From Candidatus Tepidiaquacella proteinivora (GTDB lineage Bacteria > Bacteroidota > Ignavibacteria > Tepidaquicellales > Tepidaquicellaceae), in NCBI GenBank assembly GCA_013348845.1, contig CP054675.1, forward strand, positions 746,419-810,418: a stretch of DNA of 64,000 nucleotides, read 5' to 3'. A program made the position numbers and the translations under genes. The notes beneath the pieces are model-generated. The model was not told the DNA's origin. It saw only the letters and a program-made list of their open reading frames with translations, and did not search any database. This document shows positions 19,512 to 29,630 of this stretch, piece after piece (position 1 is the first letter of the stretch; the number at the start of each line of letters is the position of its first letter).

Positions 19512-21626
19512 TTGACTAAGAAAAAACCAAACAAACTCATTTCAGAAACAAGTCCATATCTATTACAACATTTATATAATCCTGTCGAATGGTATCCTTG
19601 GGGTGAAGATGCATTTAACGAAGCAAGAAGACAAAACAAACCGATATTTTTATCAATAGGATACTCTTCCTGTTACTGGTGTCATGTAATGGCAAGAGAA
19701 TCATTTGAAAATGAGGATATTGCAGAGTTAATGAATAAATATTTTATTAATATAAAAGTTGACAGGGAGGAAAGACCTGAGATAGATAGAATTTATATGA
19801 TTGCGCTACAATCAATGCTTGGTTATGGTGGTTGGCCCCTAAACATTTTTTTAAATCATAATTTAAAGCCATTCTATGGTTTTACTTATTTACCACCAAA
19901 GGCAAAATATGGTAGAAGCGGGTTAGAAGATGTTTTAAACCAGGTTAATAATTTATGGTTGACCAAACAAAAAGAGATTAATGAAAGTGCAGAAAAGATT
20001 TTTTTAATATTAAAAAATAAGACTGAATACCAAAAAGCAAATGATGAATCGACAACTTATGAAGAAATTATAAAAAATTGTTTTGAATCTGCAAAACGAT
20101 ATTATGACTATGAAAATGGTGGATTTGGAAATACTAATAAATTTCCAAGACCCCCGTTCCTTAATTTTTTAATGAAATATTATTATTACTACAATGACAA
20201 AGAAGCCCTCGATATAGTTACACATACATTAAAATCAATGTATAATGGTGGAATATTTGACCATCTTGAAGGTGGATTTCACAGATATAGTATTGATAAA
20301 TATTGGCGCATACCTCATTTTGAAAAAATGATATATGATCAGGCACAGCTAATTTCAACATACCTTGACGCATTTAAAGTTACAAAGGAAGAGTTGTTTT
20401 TAGAGGTTGCATTAAAAATAACAAAATATTCACTTGAAAAACTTTACAACCCTGAAGGAGGATTTTTTTCTTCTGAAGATGCAGAAAGTATTAATGATAA
20501 AGGAATTAAAGAAGAAGGATATTACTACCTTTGGAAATATAAAGATATAGAAAATATTTTAAACAAAGATGAATTCAATATTTTAACATATCACTTCGGT
20601 ATAAAATACGAAGGGAACATATTACCAGAATTTAATCAGGATTTCAGAAATAGTAATATACTTTACATCAATAATGATGTTTTTGATACTGCAAAACATT
20701 TTTCAATATCTGTTGACAAAGCAAAAGAAATTCTAAAAACAGCAATAGAAAAACTAATTATTGAAAGAAAGAAGAGAATAAAACCAGATGTTGATAAAAA
20801 AATCATAACTTCTTGGAATGGGATGATGGTAAAAGCAATTCTTGAAGTATATCAAATTACATCAGATAATAAATATTTAAGCATAGCTGAGAAGACATTA
20901 CAATTTATATTTGATAATCTGTACGATAGTTCTGAAAATATTTTATATCACAGCTTCAAAGACGGTGTAAAAGTAAATCAGGGTAATCTGGAAGACTATG
21001 CACATATAATTAATAGCCTTATCAAATTATATGAAATGACAAACAGAGCGGACTATTTAATCAGAGCCTCGGAATTATTAAAAAGAACAATTGATTTATT
21101 TTATGATTATGATTTAGGTGGTTTCTGGGATACACCGATAAACAAAGAAAACTTAATTTTAAAAACAAAAGATATTACTGACACATCTGAACCGTCCGCA
21201 AATTCTATTATATTAGAGATATTCTTGAAACTGAAAATTTTAAATGATAGAGATTCTTATGATGAAAAGATTATTAAGTCACTTGAATATTTTACTAATT
21301 CAATAGCAGATTCCCCGTATTCACATCCTCAAATGATATCAGATTTATTACTTTATCTTAAAGGAAATACAGAAATAATTTTTTCTCCTGATTCAGAATC
21401 AGATTTCATAATGCAATGCTTACAGCTACTTTCAAAAAAGTATATTCCATTCTATTCAATTTATTATGTAAATGATGAATTAGCAAATCAACATAATATA
21501 TTTAAAAATTATAATATTAAGGGTAATAATATTTTTATTTGCAATAATTTTAAATGTGAAAAACCAATTAACACCTTAGAAGAATTAAAACAATTTCTTT
21601 CAGGAATAACAAAAGGAAATACCTGA
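19512..21626 (+). CDS. thioredoxin-domain protein, DUF255/YyaL family (N-acylglucosamine 2-epimerase-like fold)
   Basis: [22 protein letters not shown]...[18 protein letters not shown] is the DUF255 signature. It has a long alpha/alpha-toroid-like C-terminal region and a TTG start. Confidence 0.85.
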   Translation: MTKKKPNKLISETSPYLLQHLYNPVEWYPWGEDAFNEARRQNKPIFLSIGYSSCYWCHVMARESFENEDIAELMNKYFINIKVDREERPEIDRIYMIALQSMLGYGGWPLNIFLNHNLKPFYGFTYLPPKAKYGRSGLEDVLNQVNNLWLTKQKEINESAEKIFLILKNKTEYQKANDESTTYEEIIKNCFESAKRYYDYENGGFGNTNKFPRPPFLNFLMKYYYYYNDKEALDIVTHTLKSMYNGGIFDHLEGGFHRYSIDKYWRIPHFEKMIYDQAQLISTYLDAFKVTKEELFLEVALKITKYSLEKLYNPEGGFFSSEDAESINDKGIKEEGYYYLWKYKDIENILNKDEFNILTYHFGIKYEGNILPEFNQDFRNSNILYINNDVFDTAKHFSISVDKAKEILKTAIEKLIIERKKRIKPDVDKKIITSWNGMMVKAILEVYQITSDNKYLSIAEKTLQFIFDNLYDSSENILYHSFKDGVKVNQGNLEDYAHIINSLIKLYEMTNRADYLIRASELLKRTIDLFYDYDLGGFWDTPINKENLILKTKDITDTSEPSANSIILEIFLKLKILNDRDSYDEKIIKSLEYFTNSIADSPYSHPQMISDLLLYLKGNTEIIFSPDSESDFIMQCLQLLSKKYIPFYSIYYVNDELANQHNIFKNYNIKGNNIFICNNFKCEKPINTLEELKQFLSGITKGNT

Positions 21627-21684
21627 CAAGCAATAATAGTTTAAAATCAGAAAAGATTATTTGTAATAACCCTATTAATTTAAA

Positions 21685-22110
21685 TTATAATTCCCCGCAA
21701 AATTCCGCATAATCATTGGGACTTTCATGAATTCTTATTGTAAGATGTTTTATATTTTTAATATTGTGTCCAATTATTTTTTCCTTAATCTTTTGAAATA
21801 AGTCCATACAAATATTTTCAACAGTTGGATTGTAACTGACAATTTTGTACTTCAAGTTATGTTCTTTTAAAAAATTTATAACATCTTTATCTTCTGCAAA
21901 ACACAGAAAAGAATGGTCTAATTCTTCAATAATCGGCTTTACCAATAAACTTAAATCCTTAAAATCTATAATCATTCCATTCTTACCAACCTCTCCTTCT
22001 AATTCAACAAACATCCTGTAGGAATGTCCATGTATATTCCTGCAGGGTCCATTATGATTGGGCAATCTATGCCCCATTTCCCAACTATATTCTTTTGATA
22101 TTTTTATCAT
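21685..22110 (-). CDS. queD: 6-carboxy-5,6,7,8-tetrahydropterin synthase
   Basis: FSWEMGHRL...CRNIHGHSY...LDHSFL motifs of the PTPS/QueD family. Confidence 0.88.
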   Translation of the reverse strand: MIKISKEYSWEMGHRLPNHNGPCRNIHGHSYRMFVELEGEVGKNGMIIDFKDLSLLVKPIIEELDHSFLCFAEDKDVINFLKEHNLKYKIVSYNPTVENICMDLFQKIKEKIIGHNIKNIKHLTIRIHESPNDYAEFCGEL

Positions 22111-22116
22111 ATAAAA

Positions 22117-24225
22117 TTAAACTTTAATTTTGATTCTTGCATCAAGAATTCTGCATTTTGCTTTTTCGTTGCTTACAGTAAAAGGATTAAAATCAATTTC
22201 AATAAACTCAGGAAAGTCGCATACAAAATTAGATAAACGTAATATATTTTCTTTAATATAACCAAAGTTAACCTGCTTTCTACCTCTTAAGCCGGCAAGA
22301 ATTTTATATCCTTGAATTGATTCAATCATATTATCAGCGTCAACGTCTGTAAGAGGAGCAACTCTAAAGACAGCATCCTTATATACTTCTACAAAAATCC
22401 CACCCATACCAAACATAATAAGGTGACCAGCAGATTCATCTTTAAAAGAGCCAAGAATTGTTTCTACATCTCCTTTAAAGTACGGTTGCATTATAAAACC
22501 AATAAATTTTTTTTCAAATCCTTTTTCCTTTAGTCTTGAAAGCACAAGGTTCTCTGCCTGCACAAGTTCTTCAATATTCTTAATATTTACGACAACAGCA
22601 CCAGCTTCAGTTTTATGAATAAGTCCTTTCGCTTCAGCCTTAATAACCAAAGGAAAACCTAATTCATCAGCAATTTTAACTGATTCCTGTAAATCTTTCG
22701 CCAACCTTGATTCTATAACCGGGAAATTATATGTTTTCAGAATCTTATATGTAGTTTCAAAATCTAAATAATATTCTCCTTTTTTCAAAACATTTACATA
22801 CTTGGATGTTTTAATTTTATTTTCATCATATTTAATATAATCTCCAGATATTGATTCTTTCCATAATTTGTAATTATACATTCTTCCAATACATCGGGCA
22901 GCAGATTCTGTACTATTTAAAAGTGGCGGATGAGAGTCATCAATTTCACTTAATTTAGCAATATTTTCATCCTGAGACATTAGAACTAAAACTGAAGTTT
23001 TATTTGATGTTTTTGTTGCATTACTAATTAATTTTGCGGTTTCCAGCGTATCATACATCAATGGCGGACCGAGAATTATTAAAAGGGAATCTACATTTTC
23101 ATCTTTTAGAATAAGTTCAGTTGCTTTTGCATACATCTCAGGAGTAGCAGAAGGTAGTATATCAATTGGATTATTAAATGACGCTTCTTCACGGACAAAT
23201 TCCTTTAAACTTTTAATAGTAGAATCTGATAATGAAGGTAAAATTAATCCCCATTTATCCGCTTCATCAGCTGCTAAAATCGCAGGTCCACCGGCATTTG
23301 TAAGAATTCCTAATCTATTTCCATGAGGCATCTTACCTCTGTCAAAACACTTCGCTAAATCAAACATATCTTCAACTGTATCTACTCTGATAACACCGGA
23401 TTGTTGAAAAATAGTATTTACAACACTTTCACTACTTGCAAGAGCCCCTGTATGAGAAGACGCTGCTTTTTGTCCACTTGTGGTTCTTGCTGCTTTAATT
23501 GCAACAATTGGTTTTATCCTTGTTACTTCACCTGCAATTTTTAAAAATTCATTTGCATTCGAAAAAGATTCAAGATATACTGTGATAACTTTTATTTTAG
23601 AATTATCCATCCAATACTTTATAACATTATTTTCAGTAATATCAGCTTTGTTTCCTATACTGATAAAGTGCACAATTCCGATATCCTTTTGTTTAAGAAT
23701 AGCAAGAACAGCTGCACCCAGAGCACCACTCTGCGAGACAAAACCTATTCCACCTTTAACTGGAGTATTTCTCACAAAAGTAGCATTCATATTAATTTCT
23801 TCTTCCATATTAATGATACCCATACAATTAGGACCCACGAGTTTCATTTTATAAATATTAACCCTTCTGATAAGTTCATCTTCAAGAGACGCTCCTGATT
23901 TACCAGTTTCCTTAAAACCAGCGGTTATTAAAAGTATTGAATCAATTTTTTTCTTGAAACACTCATCAATTGTTTGTAGGACAAGATTTCTTGTTACCAT
24001 AATAATAGCAAGATCTATTTTCTCTTTAATTTCAGTAACAGATTTATATACCTGTAAACAATGAATAGCTTCAGCTTTAGGGTTAATGGGAAATATTCTA
24101 CCTGTATAACCAAATTTTATAAGATTGTTAATTAATTCCCAACTCAGTGATTGTTTTTTAGATGATGCACCAATAACTGCAATTGTTTTCGGATAAAAAA
24201 ACTTATCGAGATTACTTTTTTCCAT
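22117..24225 (-). CDS. acetate--CoA ligase family protein (ADP-forming; CoA-binding + succinyl-CoA-ligase-like + ATP-grasp)
   Basis: N-terminal PKTIAVIGAS CoA-binding domain, GPNCMGI, SQSGALG and a C-terminal ATP-grasp region, 702 aa in total. Confidence 0.85.
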   Translation of the reverse strand: MEKSNLDKFFYPKTIAVIGASSKKQSLSWELINNLIKFGYTGRIFPINPKAEAIHCLQVYKSVTEIKEKIDLAIIMVTRNLVLQTIDECFKKKIDSILLITAGFKETGKSGASLEDELIRRVNIYKMKLVGPNCMGIINMEEEINMNATFVRNTPVKGGIGFVSQSGALGAAVLAILKQKDIGIVHFISIGNKADITENNVIKYWMDNSKIKVITVYLESFSNANEFLKIAGEVTRIKPIVAIKAARTTSGQKAASSHTGALASSESVVNTIFQQSGVIRVDTVEDMFDLAKCFDRGKMPHGNRLGILTNAGGPAILAADEADKWGLILPSLSDSTIKSLKEFVREEASFNNPIDILPSATPEMYAKATELILKDENVDSLLIILGPPLMYDTLETAKLISNATKTSNKTSVLVLMSQDENIAKLSEIDDSHPPLLNSTESAARCIGRMYNYKLWKESISGDYIKYDENKIKTSKYVNVLKKGEYYLDFETTYKILKTYNFPVIESRLAKDLQESVKIADELGFPLVIKAEAKGLIHKTEAGAVVVNIKNIEELVQAENLVLSRLKEKGFEKKFIGFIMQPYFKGDVETILGSFKDESAGHLIMFGMGGIFVEVYKDAVFRVAPLTDVDADNMIESIQGYKILAGLRGRKQVNFGYIKENILRLSNFVCDFPEFIEIDFNPFTVSNEKAKCRILDARIKIKV

Positions 24226-24352
24226 TATACTTTTTATAATTTATTTTTCTTAAAAATACTCATTCTAAATCTAATTAAAAATTTATTTAATATTATCACA
24301 AAAACTATTTAAACAAAATTATTGTTTTAGGAATAAAATCAAGAAATTTATT

Positions 24353-24841
24353 ATGCTTTTAAGAGGTGAAAAATTTAATACAATTGATAAAAAAATAACA
24401 GGCTGGATGGCAAAAAACGGTTTATTCTTATTGAGGATTAGTATTGGCATAGTCTTTTTCTGGTTTGGGATACTGAAATTTTTTGAGGGTTTAAGTCCAG
24501 CTGAAAGTATTGCTATCAGAACTATAGATAAACTGACTTTTAATTTACTATCACAAAAAGTTATCATTTATGGTCTTGCTCTTTGGGAGGTACTAATTGG
24601 TATTGGATTAATTTTCAATATATTTCTCAGGGAAACACTGTTATTACTTTTTCTCCAGATGCTTGGTACATTTACACCACTATTTTTATTCCCTTCGGAA
24701 ATTTTCAGAGTATTTCCAATAGCATTAACACTTGAAGGACAATATATAGTTAAAAATATAGTATTAATAAGTGGAGGAATAGTATTAGGTGCGACAGTCA
24801 GAGGAGGTAAATTATACCCAACGGATAATTTAAATAAATAA
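24353..24841 (+). CDS. DoxX/DUF417-like small membrane protein
   Basis: Four predicted TM helices, and RISIGIVFFWFGILKF resembles DoxX/YkgB-type proteins. The family call is tentative. Confidence 0.5.
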   Translation: MLLRGEKFNTIDKKITGWMAKNGLFLLRISIGIVFFWFGILKFFEGLSPAESIAIRTIDKLTFNLLSQKVIIYGLALWEVLIGIGLIFNIFLRETLLLLFLQMLGTFTPLFLFPSEIFRVFPIALTLEGQYIVKNIVLISGGIVLGATVRGGKLYPTDNLNK

Positions 24842-24872
24842 ATAATTTAAAAAGGAAAGCAAGTAAATTTTA

Positions 24873-26081
24873 TTATATATAAAATACATCTTCCAGTTTC
24901 TTGAATTTTAAAAGACCAGCCATAACAAAATCTATGGAAGATTGCTCCTGTAATAAATCCTTTAATACAACACATTCAGCAGCGACAAAAGCATCTTCCA
25001 TACATTCTCTAATATGATTATTCAAAGGCATCCAGGTAGAAGATAAACTATACCCAAGTTTAGCCCACATAACATTCTTCTTAATACTTCTGATCCTACC
25101 ATCAAGAGATAACACATCTTTACCATGAAAATTATCTAATAAGTCTATACCTTTTATTTCAAATAACCTGTAATTATTCATACTTTTAGAAGCATTTGCT
25201 ATTCCATTCAGATAAAGTTCATAATAGCACTTCCACTTGATATCTTCAATAATTTGTTTATCATTAATAGATTCATCTTTTTCAATTAATAAAATCATCT
25301 TTCTGATATACTTATTCAATTCCCATTGCTCTTTACCAGTCATCCATTTTAAAATATCAAGAATATTATTTTTCGTAATTGACTTATCATTATCCCGTAA
25401 ATATTTAACAACATAAGCAAGAATCATATCATAATGATTTGATAAAATTTTAAGTTCTTCCCTTATCTCCTCAGGGATATATTTTTCTACGAAATCTTTA
25501 TAATGAGCAAAATCATAATGATTACCTTCATCGTCCCGAATAACAGGAAAAAGATCTTCAATAACATCATGGAGGGCAGCTATTGCACCATATTTATAAC
25601 CGCCATCACTATTGAAATTAAGTTTAATAGCAACTCCTGCAACTCTATTCAAATGTGACGGGGCAGGAAGTTCGCATCTTCTTTTCAGATTGTTGTTAAC
25701 ATACTGAGAATAAAAATTATGAATAGTCTCTGAAAAATTACCATAAAACTTTTCTAAATCAGACAATTCCGGAACTTTTCCTTCAATAATATAATTATGT
25801 ATTTTCTGATAATCTAAATCCTTCTCCAAATTAGTTCTTGTATTATATATGTCCACAGGTGCATCTATATCATGCTCTCTGATTGTAAAACTTGTTTTAT
25901 AATATTTCTGAAAAAACAGTTCAACTTGTTTTTGTAAAATATCAGCCTTTGGGCTACCGTATAATCTTTGGAGAAGATTTTTATCAGGAACTTGCCTTCT
26001 TTTGAAAGTATCGAGAAGTTCCATTGCATAAGGGAACTTCGGGTTTGCCATTAATAACCTTATATCAAAATATGGTCTCAT
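24873..26081 (-). CDS. HD-domain protein with SpoT/RelA-hydrolase-like motifs
   Basis: HLNRVAGVA...AIAALHDVIEDL (H...HD..ED) and, much further on, EIKGIDLLDNFHG (compare KLADRLHN). The protein is 402 aa with an N-terminal extension and a large insertion. Confidence 0.55.
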   Translation of the reverse strand: MRPYFDIRLLMANPKFPYAMELLDTFKRRQVPDKNLLQRLYGSPKADILQKQVELFFQKYYKTSFTIREHDIDAPVDIYNTRTNLEKDLDYQKIHNYIIEGKVPELSDLEKFYGNFSETIHNFYSQYVNNNLKRRCELPAPSHLNRVAGVAIKLNFNSDGGYKYGAIAALHDVIEDLFPVIRDDEGNHYDFAHYKDFVEKYIPEEIREELKILSNHYDMILAYVVKYLRDNDKSITKNNILDILKWMTGKEQWELNKYIRKMILLIEKDESINDKQIIEDIKWKCYYELYLNGIANASKSMNNYRLFEIKGIDLLDNFHGKDVLSLDGRIRSIKKNVMWAKLGYSLSSTWMPLNNHIRECMEDAFVAAECVVLKDLLQEQSSIDFVMAGLLKFKKLEDVFYI

Positions 26082-26217
26082 TATATTAAATATATATATT
26101 TTAAATTTAATATTAAAATAAAATTTTTATTTTTATAAAATTTTTTTCGAAAAAGAAAAGTGAAAATATATATAAATTGAATATTTACAAATAATTATTT
26201 ATAATAATAAAAAAAAT

Positions 26218-26994
26218 TTGAAAAAGAAAATAAAAATATATACCTGGAATGTAAATGGCATTAGAGCTATATATAATAAAAATTTTATCAAATGGTGCAA
26301 CACGGGAAAAGGAGATATAATTTGCATTCAGGAAACAAAAGCGCAAAAAGAACAATTACCAGAAGAACTGATTAATATTAATGGTTACAATTCTTATTGG
26401 TTTTCAGCGAAAAGAAAAGGATATTCAGGAGTTTGTATTTATACCCGAATATTGCCAATAAATGTTGCCTACGGTTTTGGAATCGAAAAATTTGATATAG
26501 AAGGGAGGGTTATATTTGCTGAATATGACGAATTTCTACTTGTTAATTCTTATTTCCCTAATGGAGGCAGAGGTGCTGAAAGAGTTAAATATAAACTTGA
26601 ATATTATGATGAATTGTTTTTCTATTTAGAGAAAAACTATCGTGATAAAAAAGGAATCATTGTAGCAGGAGATTTCAATACTGCCCATAAAGAAATCGAC
26701 CTTGCAAGGCCGGAAGAGAATGAAAATGTATCAGGATTTTTAATTGAAGAAAGAGAATGGATTGATAAAATTATTAATCTTGGTTATGTAGATGTTTTTA
26801 GGTTGTTTCACAAAGAAGGTGGGCTTTATACGTATTGGGACCCAATAACAAGAGCAAGGGAAAGAAATATTGGCTGGCGAATAGATTACTTTATGGTTTC
26901 GGAGGATTTCGTTAAATATATAAAATCATCTCATATTCACTCAGAAATAATGGGAAGTGATCATTGCCCTGTATCACTTGATATTGAAATATAA
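26218..26994 (+). CDS. xth: exodeoxyribonuclease III
   Basis: WNVNGIRA, CIQETK, GDFNTAH and SDHCPV motifs, with a TTG start. Confidence 0.92.
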   Translation: MKKKIKIYTWNVNGIRAIYNKNFIKWCNTGKGDIICIQETKAQKEQLPEELININGYNSYWFSAKRKGYSGVCIYTRILPINVAYGFGIEKFDIEGRVIFAEYDEFLLVNSYFPNGGRGAERVKYKLEYYDELFFYLEKNYRDKKGIIVAGDFNTAHKEIDLARPEENENVSGFLIEEREWIDKIINLGYVDVFRLFHKEGGLYTYWDPITRARERNIGWRIDYFMVSEDFVKYIKSSHIHSEIMGSDHCPVSLDIEI

Positions 26995-27007
26995 TACTGC
27001 AGTAAAA

Positions 27008-27580
27008 TTAAACCTTTTTCATTTCTTCAAGCTTCTTTCTAACTTCGTTCAGTTCCTTATTAATATCTTCTATTTCTTCCTCCTTAGTGTCTTTTTTTTC
27101 TTCAGATTGTGGTTCATCATTTTTCACAGATTTATCAAACAAGAAGTTTTCTTCCTGACTTTTAGTCCTGTCCTGGTTTTTCAGTTTATCAAAAAATACT
27201 TTCAACCCTTTATATACTGCAGATATTGTAATAATTGTATCTAAAACAGGAGGCTCAATTCTTTCTTTTATTCTTGATCCGAAATCCACAATTTCCTCTG
27301 AAAAATTTTTAAATTTATCAGTTACCTCCTCAACTTTATGAATATTATTCTCAACTACATCCGCAATTCTGTTAACTTTCTTAATTAAAACAATACTATC
27401 TTCGATACCGGGCTCGATCTTCACTTTAAAATCATCAAAGTCTTTCTGTAAGCTATCTATTCTTACAGAAAGACTTTTGATAATTTTTATTAGACTTACA
27501 ACTAATAAAATTACAGTAATAAATACAATTATCTGAATGATTACAGAGATAATCAAAAAAATTGATGTTGTCGTATCCAA
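27008..27580 (-). CDS. membrane-anchored coiled-coil protein (DUF948-like)
   Basis: One N-terminal TM helix followed by a long helical, acidic tail. It lies downstream of a YtxH-like gene and has a TTG start. Confidence 0.5.
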   Translation of the reverse strand: MDTTTSIFLIISVIIQIIVFITVILLVVSLIKIIKSLSVRIDSLQKDFDDFKVKIEPGIEDSIVLIKKVNRIADVVENNIHKVEEVTDKFKNFSEEIVDFGSRIKERIEPPVLDTIITISAVYKGLKVFFDKLKNQDRTKSQEENFLFDKSVKNDEPQSEEKKDTKEEEIEDINKELNEVRKKLEEMKKV

Positions 27581-27605
27581 ATCTTTTTAAATTAAATTAA
27601 AAATT

Positions 27606-28022
27606 TTAACTTTTATTTTTTTCTTCCTTATATGCATCCATACCAGCTTTGTATGCATCTTTTATTCTTTCTGCCTCATTTGTTATTTTATCTTTCAGAT
27701 CACCAATCTTTTCCGTAGTCTTTTCTTTTGCACCAGTTAAAATTTTATTGGCATCTTCAATAATCATACTTGCTTTTTTCTTAGCTTCTGCAATCAAAGT
27801 TTCAGACTTACGTTTACCTTCATTAATTAAATCTGCAGCTTTTGCTTTGGCAATTTGCATAAATTCAGTTGTATCGTCAAGGATTTCATCTTTTTTTCTT
27901 CCTATTTCCGCTCTCAATTCCCTACCTGATTTTGGAGCATATAATAGTGCGATAACTGCTCCTACAATACCACCAGCAAGAAACCCAATAATTAAACCTT
28001 TTGCCATTTTGTTTTCTTCCAT
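27606..28022 (-). CDS. YtxH-like general-stress protein
   Basis: GLIIGFLAGGIVGAVIALLYAPKSGRELR is the YtxH motif. AAGGAG lies 7 nt upstream of the ATG at 28022. Confidence 0.7.
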   Translation of the reverse strand: MEENKMAKGLIIGFLAGGIVGAVIALLYAPKSGRELRAEIGRKKDEILDDTTEFMQIAKAKAADLINEGKRKSETLIAEAKKKASMIIEDANKILTGAKEKTTEKIGDLKDKITNEAERIKDAYKAGMDAYKEEKNKS

Positions 28023-28054
28023 TTTTTTCTCCTTCTTTTAATTATTAAATATTC

Positions 28055-28098
28055 CGCATAATATTAATCACAAATAAAATTGAAACTAATATTATGCG
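28055..28098. repeat. perfect 12-bp inverted repeat CGCATAATATTA-(20 nt)-TAATATTATGCG
   Basis: Read directly: arms at 28055-28066 and 28087-28098 are exact reverse complements. It lies between the lpd stop (28195) and the ytxH-like start (28022). Confidence 0.7.
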
Positions 28099-28194
28099 TT
28101 ATATAAAAAATATTAATATCTACTGGTTAAATCAATTATAAAAAAAATCACTAATCCTGAACAAAAAAATTATTAGATACAATATTTAAATTGC

Positions 28195-29604
28195 TTATAT
28201 ATTTATAGCTTCATTATATGCAACACCAGTTGCTTCAAGAATTGCTTCTGCTAAAGTCGGATGAGCATGAACAGACTTAATTATTGAATCACCTACTGCT
28301 TCCATATTCTTAAATGCAATAATTTCTGAAATAAGTTCTGTTGCTTCCGGTCCAATTATGTGAGCTCCTAATAATTCACCATATTTTGAGTCAAAAATCA
28401 TCTTTACAAAACCAACCGATTCACCGATAGCCCTCGCTTTTCCATTTGCACTAAATGGGAATTTCCCAATCTTTAAATCATATCCATTTTGTTTAGCTTT
28501 TGTTTCTGTGAGTCCTATTGATGCTACTTGTGGTTGACAATAAGTACAGGAAGGTATATTTTCATATCTCAGTTCAATATTATGTAACCCTTTAATCTTT
28601 TCGATACAATTTATTGCTTCAGCTGATGCAACATGTGCTAACATAGGTTTCCCAAAATCCTCAAAGACTGCAACATCACCTATAGAATAAATTCCTTCAA
28701 CATTAGTCTGATAACTCCTATCTACAACTATTCCATTTCTGAATGTTTTAATATGTAAATCTTCAACACCAATATTTTCAATATTTCCAATCACACCAAC
28801 TGCCAAGAGAACGGCATCCGATTCAATGGTTTTATTTAAATCACCAGATGTTGTTGTATATACGACATCATTTTTAATTTCAATATTTTCTGTTTTTGTA
28901 TTAGTATATGTTTTTATTCCATACTTGTTAAATTCTTTACTGATTACTGCTGAGACTTCATAATCTTCGAGAGGTAGTAATTGAGGTAACATTTCAATCA
29001 CTGTAACTTCGGAACCAAACGCCCTATAAAAATAAGCAAACTCCATACCTATAGCACCACTACCAACTATTGTTAACTTTTTGGGTGGTTTTTGAAGTAA
29101 CATTGCACCAGTTGATGATAATATCATCTTTTCATCAAAAGAAATATTATTTATTGTTCTCGGTCGGGCACCCGTTGCAATAATAATATATTTTGAACTA
29201 ATAATTTCTTTTTGATTACCATCTTTATCAAATACCAATATTTCTTTATCTTTATTTATCCTTGCAGCACCATTAATTACTGTAATCTTATTTTTCTTCA
29301 TAAGATAGTTAACACCTTTTTCAGAAGCATTTGCAACATCTCTCGACCTTTTAATTATTTTGGGGAAATCGAAAGTAATATTGTCATAATTTCCGAATCC
29401 GAATTTATCTAAATGAATTAGCAAATTCATAATTTCAGCACTTCGTAACAGTGCTTTTGTTGGAATACATCCCCAGTTGAGGCATACACCTCCTAATTTA
29501 TCTTTTTCAATTATAGCAGTTTTAAATCCAAGTTGTGCTGCTCTAATCGCTGCTGTATATCCTCCGGGACCAGCGCCAATTATTGTTATATCAAAGTATT
29601 GCAT
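28195..29604 (-). CDS. lpdA: dihydrolipoyl dehydrogenase (E3)
   Basis: IIGAGPGGY, the GGVCLNWGCIPTK redox disulfide and the C-terminal HAHPTL motif. Confidence 0.92.
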   Translation of the reverse strand: MQYFDITIIGAGPGGYTAAIRAAQLGFKTAIIEKDKLGGVCLNWGCIPTKALLRSAEIMNLLIHLDKFGFGNYDNITFDFPKIIKRSRDVANASEKGVNYLMKKNKITVINGAARINKDKEILVFDKDGNQKEIISSKYIIIATGARPRTINNISFDEKMILSSTGAMLLQKPPKKLTIVGSGAIGMEFAYFYRAFGSEVTVIEMLPQLLPLEDYEVSAVISKEFNKYGIKTYTNTKTENIEIKNDVVYTTTSGDLNKTIESDAVLLAVGVIGNIENIGVEDLHIKTFRNGIVVDRSYQTNVEGIYSIGDVAVFEDFGKPMLAHVASAEAINCIEKIKGLHNIELRYENIPSCTYCQPQVASIGLTETKAKQNGYDLKIGKFPFSANGKARAIGESVGFVKMIFDSKYGELLGAHIIGPEATELISEIIAFKNMEAVGDSIIKSVHAHPTLAEAILEATGVAYNEAINI

Positions 29605-29630
29605 ATTATTTAATATTTTAATTAATAAAA

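Noticed and set aside
27649-28041. Representative of the many 60-130 aa antisense ORFs in the track (also 2390..2647, 5763..6113, 23480..23854, 43996..44346, 51159..51413 and others)
   Set aside because: Each lies entirely inside, and opposite to, a gene with strong family motifs. None has recognisable motifs or start signals.
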